From contig NW_004797391.1 of the NCBI RefSeq assembly GCF_000002075.1, positions 923,674-984,036 of the forward strand: 60,363 bases of DNA, read 5' to 3'. Made by a program: the position numbers and the translations under genes. Source of the DNA: Aplysia californica (taxonomy: Eukaryota). This document shows positions 27,001 to 38,546 of the stretch, piece after piece. Below the pieces are notes generated by a model, which ran no database searches, had not been told where the DNA came from, and saw only the letters and a program-made list of their open reading frames with translations. Each line of letters begins with the position of its first letter. The stretch's first letter is position 1.

Positions 27001-30000
27001 TAAACTGGGCATGACCACTGAACTTGTTCGGTGGGTGGAGGAAGGTAAGGGCATTGAACGCGTTGAAAGTCTTATATAATTTTAATTTAGTTTTATATAT
27101 GAATTTTCTTTTTTTTACAAGAAACAAATTAATGCCTGCTTTTCTTTGAATTTCTATCCATTTACTTTCTTTCTCCCAATATTTATTCTCCTGAGTTATT
27201 ATAGGCTCGCTCTTGGACTCTTCATTGGACTGTCCCCGTCGTTTTATGCAAGAAAAATTCTGAAATTATGCAAACTGAGCCCAAAAATGTGAAATTATGC
27301 GATTCTGTTAATTTTAACAAAGAATGATAAAGGAAAATAATCAGAAATTATGCAAAAAATGATCAAATTTTGCTAAATTATGCGGGGTGCATAAAACCAC
27401 GGGGACAGATTGGATATTATACAAGTCAGGCACTGGTAACATGCATACAGAAAACTTTTAATCACGGAAGCTTAGCTTGTACAATTTTCCATTCCCTGAC
27501 TGAACCGCTATATATTCTTTGTATTAGCATCATTGATTTCTCACTTAAACACCCATATGGATATGTCGAATAGCTGGTCTTGAAAAATCAAATTAAATTT
27601 TTCCTCGCATTCAAATTGCTGTGCAAGCACAAAGCAAAACGACACACTCATTGTCCTTGAGTATGATACACACACTACTGTCACTACTGATTCTGAGATG
27701 CTTCACCACACATTACTTGTTGTGCCCATAAAGCGCAGGACTTTCCTTCAATCTGGTCAAGTGAGGGTGAATGTTTGATGGTGAGGTATGATCGAAGACA
27801 GACAGTGTAATGCTGCATTGGGCAGTATGGTGTGTGAATTATGTTTGCATTTGTGTGCATGTATGTGCATATATGTGTGTGTGGTTGTTGGAACATGAAA
27901 GTAAGCCCTGTGGATTGGGAAGTGATTACACAAGAGGGGTGGGTAGTGTGCTTTGACTAGTATTGGTTACATTGTCATGACTGTTATCTGAAGCAAGAAC
28001 GTTTTTAGATGTGTTTTGTTTTGTTATAAAGATCAGCAGCATCACTCTTTCTTTTCTTTTGGTATGACACTGAACAATACAAAGCGCTGGTATTAAGGCG
28101 CATCATCGCACTTTACCTGTAAAGTAATGTGTGTAAGTTGTAAAGCATTAGAAACTTCCTTGATGAATCTAAGACAGACATTGTGGCAGCCCCCGGGGCA
28201 GTGCCACTGACTGTAGTGTCTTTAGGCCATTCCCAAAGGGGGGGACATTTCTCGTTCAAGCACAGTAGAATTGTAAATGGGCTGATTCATGTCACGCTCA
28301 TATCTGTGCCTGATCTACAACTGGGAACTGCTGCTTTTTCTTTCCTGATTCTTACTATTGTCATTTTCCTCTACTTCTTTTGTATGTTTGTCACTCTCTT
28401 GTGACCTGCTATTTTGGGGTGCCTTGATAGTCAAAGCAGACCTTGTGCTGTTGAAGCTAGAGAGGTGAGCAGTCTAAGTCTGATTCCCTGTAAAGTCTTC
28501 TCTGTTGACACCCACCCCTTGGCGTTTATATGACCTTATGCAGTTGCGAGCGTAGTAAAACCCTCTACTGTAAAAAAAAAAAAAAAGACATTGTGACACT
28601 GCATTGGGCCATATGGTGAGTCAGTTATGTTTGTGTTTGTGTACATGTATATATATGTGTTTGGTTATTTAAAAGTGAAGGTATGGATCAGAAAGTGATT
28701 AAACGAGATGAATTGTTGATGTGTTCTGACCAGTATTGGTTACATCGTCATGATCGTGATCTGTTGGAAGAACTATTGTTTTTCAAAAGTCAGATATAGG
28801 TTATCCAAATCTCATCAACATCACCCCTCTTCTCTTCTCTCGCTTCCACCCTAAACAAAGAGCGCTCACTATCCATCTGGGTACTTTTCATTATTTATGG
28901 CAGTTATATTTTCAATTATATTGTCACAATTACTTCCCTTGATTTTCTTCAATATTTTTCATTAATGTGTTTACTCAAATTATGGATTTGTCGAATATAT
29001 TTGTCAATCTGCGATGTGTTCAAGATATACATGCTCAACTGCATTGGTTTAGAAATAGAAGAGAATCATCCTATGGTTCAACCTTAGAGAATGACGTGGT
29101 ACAGATTAGTTAAAGGTAACTGTTCTTGTGAAGTGTATTCCAGCGCAACTTTATTTTTTACCCAGGAGGCTATGAAGAATTTTCTGCCCTGTATCCATTC
29201 CTGAGAACGCAAAAAATCTTGTTCACGCCAAGGGTAAGTCTTATTGTACATTGATGTGAATGTAATAAGAAAATTTTCAATTCGTTACTACATCCCAGCA
29301 TTTTATCTTTTAAGAAGAAATGCTTATGTTTTTTCACAATTTAGAAATATATTTCCTATTTCTCCTTTGTTTCCACCTTTCAGTCTGTTTCTTTGTCAAT
29401 ATGCTTATTGTCTGTTCAACTCTGCCTCTCTTGCTGTTTCTTGCTCCATATTTCAATCTGTACATATCAAAGAAATTAACCCTGGCTGTGCCGCGGATGA
29501 GTATTCTAGCAAAACAGGCTTCCACCCACATGCCATTAACGAATATTCCGACATTCAACCTCTTTGTAGCATAACTGATGAGTATTCTTACTTTCAGCCT
29601 CTTTGCCGATAAAGAAAAACAACTTTATTTTACTCCAAACCTAGTTTCTAGATAGGGGTTAGGCGTTATGTATTATGGGAGAGGTGAAGGAGTCATTATT
29701 TTTCCTGAATACTCTTTAACGTTTTGTCAGCAATTCCATTTCTGATTATTTTCCTGAGTAGATCCAATAAAATGTAACCAAAATAACACTGCCCTGCGTA
29801 GGAGGGCAGATGACAACTATAATGCCCAGCACTGAATGAGTTAAGTAAATTTGAACATTACTTGTGCATAGTAAAAAGTGTTAATTGCAATGTACAAGAG
29901 GACCAGGAATATGCCCATCCTTTTAGTAAGGTTTCCCTTGTGAGTGGAATTATTTACAATTGTGATATCTTCAGAAAGGAAAAAGTCACACCATTTGTTC

Positions 30001-33000
30001 TACATTATTGTTATACAATGGAGTCCACTTATAATGAGTCCTAAATTAATGAGAAGTCAGTTATAAAGACACTTTTCTAAAACCCGTTTTTTTCCCCTTC
30101 TTTACCTTTGTAAATCAAATACTACTATTGTGCAATCAGACAAACGCACAAGTCGGTTATAGCGGAATGTGCACAGCGCATAGGCCATTTATACATAAAA
30201 CTTCACCAGTTGAGAAATTTGTTGGTGATCCGAACAAAGAATGGGAGAGCCCACAATGACGGCTGGAGCGAATGATTGGGGAGGATGTGGAATGGGCAGA
30301 CAAGCAGATGGCATCGTGTGATAGGCCAGCCTAGTCTAGACTATCTAGCCTACCATGCCTCTCACTTCTCCGATGCGAGGATGGACAAGTCACTGTGCTG
30401 TGATGGATGGACTTCATCGTGCGAATGTGTGATGTGCGCAAGCAGACGGAACGCACAAAAGGGTGTGGTGGGGTGGGGGACAACACAGCGGGCGAGTTAG
30501 CCTAAAGCCCTTTTTTTTCTGATCGCCAACGCGGAGCTGTCAATATCGCTAGCGCCAGAGAAAGAAACCTGATTCTATTTTTGATTTAGTAAGACCTAGA
30601 GGTCATGTTGAACAAAATGATCAGAGGAGGAGATAACAACGAGAAATAAACAGATCACCTAACTCATAGATGAGGCGTACTTTATTATTTCCCTTGAATT
30701 AATTACTGGAACCCTGACAACGAGAATCCTGCTATAACGGACATTTCGCACCTGTCCCCTCCCTCTCGTTATAACAGGATTCCACTGTATCAGTAATGGT
30801 GATGATAAAACTTGATTGCATTTATATTATAGTGCCTTACCGTGCAAGAAAGTAGGCTCTCTGTGCTGTACCTTTTATTATTAGTACCCAACAGACTGTG
30901 TAATATTCTGAAACCTTCTCAGCTTCCCAGTAAACATTCAGTGCTAGCTGCCATTGTACAGGTATTCAAACACTTTCATACTGATAAGACCTTACTTTAC
31001 ATTGCCTCAAGCTTTGTGCCCATTCCCTCTCGTGTGAGGTGAGGTGCTTTTCCCAAAATCATAATGTCAGACCCAGACCTCGATTTGAACCAGTGAACTG
31101 TTGCATGGTTTCAAATCCAGCAGCTGACCATGAGACTGCCGATTCCACTATATGTGCCTCATTCTTAATTTGCTTCAGGAGCTGGATGAGATCAAGCCAT
31201 ATCCAGTAGAACTTATCCAAGGTCTTCTCTATATGGGCAACTGGCGACAGGGAAATGCTGCTTACATTCAAAAGGATCTCAAAATCCGAGGACATATCAA
31301 CTGTTGTGTGGAAGCTGAAACTTTGTAAGGGAACTATTTAGTTTTTTTTTTTTTACTTTTACATTTATCAATTTTCAGAATTTTAATATTGTTTACTATC
31401 TTTTTTTCTTAATCAGCAAAATTCAATTAAAAGTTTTAGGAACCAATTTTTGCTTGAAGCAGTTTAATCCTATCCGTACGTCGTGTTTCACTCTCGTATT
31501 CATATGATGTGGGGAACTCTATGCACCCACTTTCCAAAGAGGAAATTTACTTGTTAATCTGATCCGTACGCTTTACGTATCAGTCTGTCAAAATGATTTT
31601 TTGAGAAACACTGAAAGTTTCAAAGACATCTTCACACTAGATAGAAGTATTCTAAAATGTGAAGAATAGAACCCTTGGGGTACAAAATGACCAAAGGCGT
31701 ACGGATAGGGTTAAAAGGTGCACTGCATTTGGCCCTGGCAAGAAGGGTCAAAACAACTCTTACCCAAATTATCAAAATTGTATAAATAGGAGTGTAAAAA
31801 TGTTTATAATCTGGCAGAGATATATATTGTAAAATATCCTGGTTCTTTAAACTGAAACAGTTTGCAAATGTTTCAGTAGAACATTGAGTCAGTCTAGCTT
31901 CGGAACTGAACAGATATAATCTATAGTAATACAAATAAACAAACAAATAGAATTTGGAGTCCAAATAAGGCAACACTTGGGCTCTGCTTTATCTAATACA
32001 TTCAATTTAGTATTTCCCCCCAGGAGTGTAAGAGCTGGTTTGAAAAAAAGCTCTTAAATTTCCTTATTTAATTGAAGTAAAATTATAGAATCAGACATGA
32101 TATACCCCTCCTGTGGAGTCACTCAAGCTGACACCATTTTTACACTGACATATCTGCTATTGTTTTGGTTTTTTTTCGGCAAACACATTATATTTACCTT
32201 GAAAAGAAATATGATTTTTCACATTTATTCCTCCAGTTTCCCAGACCCAGGACCTCACCTTCTCCATATCCAGGTAAATGATGAGAATGATGCTGACCTC
32301 TTCAGTCATTTCAAGGCAGCATGTGATTTCACAGGTAAAAATCTAGGTCTTTTTTTCTTGTCTTATACTCTAGGCCTACCATATGTCCTGGCCTCTGCGA
32401 CTTGGTTGTTAGGTGCAAATCAACTTCAACCAACCAACTTTCTAATGATTGTATTTCTTTGGTTATTGTTTGTTTTAACAATGGAATTTTACTACTTTCT
32501 TGCTAGCATGCTGGTCTCAATTTTTACAAAGTATATCTCATTCTCATATCATGTGAGCCAAATTTATGTCTTTCATGTTCAAATCTCGCATAAAGTTGTA
32601 GTCTGATGTTTTCCCCTCAATTTGATTAAAAACTAGAAGGATCTGAGATTAGAAACTATTCTCAGAGTGCGCAAGTTAATTTAGTTGGGCTCTCTTAATA
32701 GAGATGACCAGCTGTTGCTGATAAGATTGTCACACGAAACCTAAAAACCACTTTGTTTTTTGCGGGAATTGTATTCCGTCAATTTTGTCACAAGCATCAC
32801 TAACAGTGAAAAGACTTGAACCCATGCTTTACAAATCACAGTATATTACTTAATCACCAAAGAAAAAATCTTAGAATTGTGTCATAAAAACGTGCTAGAA
32901 CAGTCTCTGCAGAAGGCAGGAAAACAGACATTGTGATCTGAGCATACCATATTTACTTGTCCTCAGATGAGCACTTTGAGGAGAAGTTTGCAGTTCTTGT

Positions 33001-36000
33001 TTTCGACAACCTGGGTGTCAGTCGCAGTGCGGCAGTTGTTGTTGCTATCCTGATGCATCACTACAAGTGGACTCTGGCTGTGAGTTGCTACATGCATTTG
33101 GGATCATTTCTAGTCTAAAATATGGTGGAAAAACAAAAATGTAAGACAGTAGTCTCTGCCTAAAATCTCATCACTTACAAATTAACAATCATGGTTTGCT
33201 TATCCCTTAAAACCCCATACCGCTGGTAGGCTCTGACACTGTATTTTCCTGTACTGCTTGTAACCGTTGGTTAACTTTATCATTTAATTCCCACCGCTAG
33301 AAACTGGGGATGTAAGTCCAGATGACTCTGTCCCAAGTAGAAAGTATCGATAATGTTCTAAACCAAAAATTTGGAATTTTTGCAAGTTCCCCCCCCCCCC
33401 CCCCCCCCAAAAAAAAAAGAGTGACTTCTCGCTGCCAGGCCCATCAGGCCGCAATATTTTTTACTTTTTCGATCCTGAACCAGAGCCCAATGATGATCTT
33501 TCAGTCAGATATACAGATATATATGACTGTTAAAGATGATTGCAGTGTTTCGCAGAACATCGATGGTGATTTTGACGATAGTGGAAGTGGCAGTTGATCA
33601 CTACTAGATCTGCCAGAGGCGAGATCTACGGCTGGGTCAAATGATGCTTTGACTGAAGTGGAGACAGGGATCACACACAAGAACTTACTCACAGCATTGG
33701 TCCTAAAAACGGTGTTTTAACCTTTTCCCCTTTTGTCTAGACTGTGCATTCATAGTATTTCGATTTTAATTCAGGATTCAAGGGAGGTATGAAACAAAAG
33801 AATCCAGGGTTTTAAGGGTCAAAATTCCCACCATTTTAATTTTAAGAGAACAGACTTTGTACTACACAAAAGTCACCCTTAAGATCCCTTTCTGAAGGAC
33901 TACATTTGACTTAGATTCCACACTTCAGATCATAATTTAGGAATAAAAACCTGGACAAGTGCAGCTGATCAATCAAGCAGCAAAAATTTGCAATCATTGT
34001 GCAGCCCATTTCTTCACAAATCACCCACTATTGTGTGTGTGATCGCATCTCCATTGTAAATCTTGATGAGTGGTTACTATGTTTGTCCGAAATGGGATCA
34101 TGCTGAGGTGTGAACTCGTCAATGCGCTTGTTTTCCTCAACATTGCCCTCACATTGAGCCCTAATACTATAATAAAAACTTGTACGTCAATGTCTGACGA
34201 TGACAAATACATCCACGGAGGAGAATATTTTTCCAGCGAAATAGTAGAATTAGCAGAATTAATGGTTAAGATGACTTGTGGCTTCTGCTGTGGCTGATGA
34301 GACCTATTCTGGCTGAGAAAAGTTTGCCACATTTTGAATGTTAAGACATCCACCTGTCTCAGACGACCACTTTTTACCTTGACAGTGGGTGACCATCTTA
34401 GACAACTTCGACTATATATACATTTGTTTCTTTTTCTGTAAAATGTTGCTCTTTTTTCACTAACCTGCAACCATGTTCAGATGACATGAAAATCTTTCCT
34501 GAACAAGAGGAACATTTTATCCATGTTGTTGTTGTTGTTAGCGATCCAGTAGCATCTGAGCGTTAACTCTTCTGCATGATGCCATTCTGTAATAGCTGCT
34601 TGTCTGTTTTAATTGTCTTGAGGAGTAGAGGCAGTTTGATTTTTAAATCAGTTAGTTTTCTACAGAAGAACAGGTGATGTCCCACTGTCTCTGAGGGGTA
34701 TTCACATAGTGGGCAGGCAGCAGACTGCTTTACTCCGATTCGGTTGAGATGTTGATTGAGGGGTACATTTTAGGTTCTAAGTTGAAAGATTATGGATTGA
34801 TCTCCCCTCCTCAACTTATTGATTGAATCTTTGACCAGTGGTTTATTCTTGTGGCCATATATCATCCTTCCTGTCGTACCTGTGGCCCAATCGTTCATCC
34901 AGTCTTCCTTGAGGTTTGACTTGATCATTTGGCAGCAGGTGGTGTAATCGGTAGGAATATCAGGCTGAGGGAGGCTAGCTTCTTTCTTTGCTACAGCATC
35001 AGCTCTTTCATTTCCCGGTATCCCAGTGTGAGCAGGAATCCATTGTAAGACTACTCTGATTTGGTGCATTCTCATCAAATTATGTAGACTCCAAATCAAG
35101 TGTGATATATCTTTGTTCACATCAGTCCCACTCTCTCAAGTGTCTCTAGTGTTGAAAGGCTGTCTGTAAAGATAACAATGTCTGTGGTAGCAAGTGGGTT
35201 AGTGTCATACAAGTAGTTGATGTAGTTTGCTGTGTTGGTGATAGCCTGTTGTTCGGCAATGAAATTGGAGCAGAAGGACGCGTTGGAATTGAAGACTTCT
35301 TTTTTGATCCCATTAAGCAAGTTGATCACTGACCCATATCCAGAGTTGATTGTTGCCTTAAATGCCGATCCATCAGTGTATGATGAGTGGATCCTTGTTG
35401 GTGGATAGGAATAAATTGTTTCAAGGGCCAAATATTTTAGTGCCACAGGATATATGTTTTTATTGCTCTTGTCCAATAATGTTTTCCTAATTTCTGGCTT
35501 TGCTATGGTGAGATGTGGTGGGAGAGTTGAGGGAACTCTTTCCAGAGGTTCTCGTCTTTGTGGGAGGTGATGTTTTTCTTGGAGATTGAGGACAGTGTCA
35601 AGTACAGATTTTGTATTTTTTAGTCTTTGATTAGGTTTCCACTTGTCAACAAGAATTCTATTTGGTTGGTTATTTTTTAGCCTTTTAGATCTTTCATATA
35701 CTTCTAAAGCTGCCCATTTTCTTCGAGTTTTCTAATGGCTCAATATTTGTGGGGATTTCACAGGCCGCAGTCACTCATTCCACCAGAGATAAGACGAAGA
35801 GCTTGGTTTTAGATGGTGTCCATTGAGTTCTTTGTAGTTTTACTGCAAATGTTTTGTAAAACAAGATTAGAATCAAAAACAGCTCTAGTATATCGTAGAT
35901 AGAGACCTCTCAAGATGTTCTTGTCTGATCCCCAGTTAGTACTGGCTAGTCGTTTGATGAGATTAAGTCTCTTCATAGCCTTCTTGCTAAGGTTGTTGGT

Positions 36001-37091
36001 GTGTTGTTTCAGGTTGAGCTTACTGTCAAGTTGTACTCCAAGATACACTGGGTTATTCTCCTTTTTCAAGTTGGTACCATCTATTCTGAGGGGGATTTCT
36101 GCATTTGCAAGGTGGTAGTTATAGCTTCTCAAAAAAACAGAGTAGACAGTTTTAATAGCAATTTACTTTCATCTTCCATAAACGGTAATAGGTTCCTAGG
36201 GAATTTAGATCATCTTGTAGTCTTCGTCTGCTTATTGTTGTTGAGTCTCCAGTGTGCCAAAGGACCAGGTCATCAGCAAAAAGGGCTTTTTCTGTTTTGA
36301 GAACATCTGAAACATCATTGAGGAAGACAAGGAATAAGATACAGCTGATAGAAGATCCCTGTGGGAGTCCCTCCTCAAGTACTGCTTTTGAAGATAGGGT
36401 TTCATCCATCTGGATCTGGATAAGTCTATCTGTAAGGAATGATTTAATCCAGGAGTACATATTTCCCTTGATTCCCATGTTCTGCAGTTTTAAGAGTAGT
36501 CCTTCCCTCCACACTGTATCATAGGCTTGTTGGAAACCCACAAACACAGCCGTTGTCTGTTCCCCTCTCTGAAATCCATCAATGATTTTCTGTGTAAGCC
36601 TGAAAAGCAGATCTTCTGTCCTGCCTTTTGACCTGAACCCTGCTTGACACTGTGAGATCAGGCCTGAAGACTTAAGCCACCAATAAAGACGAGAATTGAG
36701 GATTCTTTCACAGAGCTTGCCAATACAGGATGTGAGTGATATTGGACGGTAGTTTTTAGGGTCATTTGCCTTCTTTCCTTTCTTTAAGATTGGGTTTATA
36801 GTAGCATATTTTATCCATAAAAATGTTTATTTTCATGTTTTCCTTGCTTCAACTCTTCCAAGCACACATTTTGCTTGAACAAGAAAGAGGCAAAGTTGTT
36901 ACTGTTTACTTTGTGACTATTTAATGTTATTCAGTGAAATATACACTATCTTCCTCCAGGAGGCTTATAATCATGTGCTGACATGCTGCAAAAACATGCG
37001 GCCCAACAGAGGTTTCGTGGAGCAGCTGTCGAAATGGGAAGAAGAAGTCTTAGGAGAGAAGAAAACGGACATAAGCGACCCCAACTTTTGA
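19483..37091 (+). CDS. STYXL1: Serine/threonine/tyrosine-interacting-like protein 1 (MK-STYX pseudophosphatase; rhodanese/CH2 + DUSP domain), 9 coding exons, 298 aa
   Basis: Exons: 19483-19585 (MEGLELIEPNALYNMLQQ...DTNYLLLI); 24173-24234 (DARRKHEYNESHIVTSKKAPK); 25995-26100 (...AELECKQNIVVYDSNT...); 26646-26714 (PAIDCAK...VKILK); 29166-29233 (GGYEEFSALYPFLRTQKILFTPR); 31179-31324 (ELDEIKPYPVEL...IQKDLKIRGHINC); 32237-32334 (...LLHIQVNDEND...); 32967-33079 (VLVFDNLGVSRSAAVVVA); 36960-37091 (EAYNHV...MRPNRGFVEQLSKWEEEVLG...DPNF*). All GT-AG, phases consistent, total 897 nt. The peptide follows vertebrate STYXL1 along its whole length (recognised from memory, no search run). Confidence 0.95.
19815..20891. 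mobile_element. TTAA-flanked MITE (piggyBac-type)
   Basis: TTAA|CTCATTCGCTAC...GTAGCAAATGAG|TTAA (11/12 TIR match). Confidence 0.7.
22228..22950. mobile_element. Probable Kolobok-like non-autonomous element
   Basis: ttag|GGCCACCTGCGGG...CCAGCAGATGGCC|TTAA: short TIR, with one intact and one mutated TTAA flank. Confidence 0.5.
27230..27408. mobile_element. 179-bp MITE with 21-bp TIR and 6-bp TSD
   Basis: ATTGGA|CTGTCCCCGTCGTTTTATGCA...TGCATAAAACCACGGGGACAG|ATTGGA, with internal AAATTATGC repeats. Confidence 0.8.
28186..28585 (+). mobile_element. Poly(A)-tailed retroposon (SINE or LINE 3' end) with TSD
   Basis: Poly(A) tail and a 10-bp TSD AGACATTGTG (28176-28185, 28586-28595). Homologous inverted copies at ~2695-2935 and ~378-515. 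Confidence 0.8.
29480..29840. mobile_element. Degenerate TTAA-flanked MITE
   Basis: TTAA|CCCTGGCTGTGC...GCACTGAATGAG|TTAA, with repeated subterminal GATGAGTATTCT motifs. Confidence 0.45.
31468..31710. mobile_element. Internally deleted, inverted copy of the 40.7-42.9 kb piggyBac-type element
   Basis: TTAA|TCCTATCCGTACG...CGTACGGATAGGG|TTAA. Its two ends match the right and left ends of the long copy in reverse orientation. Confidence 0.85.
34525..36810 (-). mobile_element. 5'-truncated, decayed non-LTR retrotransposon (RT + RNase H + Cys/His knuckle; I/Nimb-like group) in STYXL1 intron 8
   Basis: Broken ORFs with AYDTVWREGLL, GLPQGSSIS, FADDLVLW, YLGVQLD, YTDGSAF, QWIPAHTGIPGNERAD and IFQLRT, and a 3' (AAC)n tail at ~34525-34540. 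Confidence 0.92.
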
Positions 37092-37395
37092 TTCCCCTCC
37101 TCCTGTCAGATGCATGGTGTGCACCTTCCAACATTGGGCATAAATGTTGTTCATAAAATGAAGAATAGAAGAGTATGGTGGAAAAATGACATTTATCACA
37201 ATGTTCACATTTCATCCTTGTCGACCTTGATCTATTGTTTGCCTTGTTCCACTTAGACCATACATTTTATTTTTGTCCAAAAGGGTCCTAATCACATACT
37301 GCATAATTTAAAAGTAAAACAGAAGTAGTCTACAGGGAAAGAAAGGCAGTTGTCCTCTACATTTTATCTTTAACGAGTGTTGTTCCTCCCCCCCC

Positions 37396-37456
<61 letters not shown>

Positions 37457-37701
37457 GACTTCAAATGTTATTACCGAGAGATGCCACACTTCTATACTCC
37501 GTCCAGATATCTGTGATATAATGATTGTGATGACATGATGAGATGTGAGGGCAACCACATGGGTGGTTCGGGTTCCAAATCTCCACAACATTGAACTTTT
37601 AGTATCATGTACCAGACTTCCATGTGAATGTATATTATTTTTCAATGATTCAGATTTTCAGCTGCAGATTATGAAAGCAGATGTATATATTATATTATAT
37701 A

Positions 37702-38546
37702 CAGTTGAACCTGTGTAAGACTAAGACGGAATCGCAAGGGAGCCAGAAAAAAATTGCGTCTTAGACAGGGAAATTTAGGGGGGGTTCAAAGGCCCAGCCG
37801 GTGGGATCAAGGATCGCTTGTGCGGTTGGCAAACAGTGATCAAAACTTCACGCCTCTCAACCGCTATCCTCTCTGATAATGACATGCATCAGTCTTACTT
37901 TTCCAATTACCACAAGTGCTTGCATTTCATAGGACCACTGTTTGACCTATTAAAAACAGAAACTTTTGAACATCTCCTTTGCTTCCACCCTTAGCCCCAC
38001 CCATCGGTGTAACAAGCACAGTCCCACCCCTTACTGCCATGTAACACTGATTCGAGGAACTCCTTTTCTCGGGTGGCCGTATGATCAGGGCGGCAGGCAT
38101 TGGTCAAACTTATTTCTCACCTCTGGCTTCTGGCTATTCAGGAAAGTTTTTGTGGTGGCTAGCTGCTCGAGCACTTTCACTGGCACTCGTGTGATTTCAC
38201 ACCCACACTACCCAGACCATCTGCATCGTTCAAGGCTCACATGGATGTGGTAACATCTACTCCCAAACTGCACCCCTACTCCCCTTCCTCGCGGCAATGC
38301 ATTATGTTTAAAGCCGGTGGAATCAAATTTGCGAGTTTTGTTTGAAATCAGGGCAGAGCGGGAAAGCATTTTCCGTCTTAAACTGGTAAAACCATCGGAA
38401 GGGAGCGGATTTTTTTTTCCGTTTCTGTGCTGGACAGGATTCTGTTTTACACAGGTAATTAAAGAGGAATGTAGCAAGGGGGGAGCGGGGAGATTCCGTT
38501 AAGACTGGTTTCCGTTTTACACAGTCCGTTGAGGCAGGTTCGACTG
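37702..38546. mobile_element. Tc1/mariner (pogo/Tigger-like) MITE
   Basis: TA|CAGTTGAACCTG...CAGGTTCGACTG. Related end fragments occur at ~300-380 and ~34340-34416. Confidence 0.65.
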
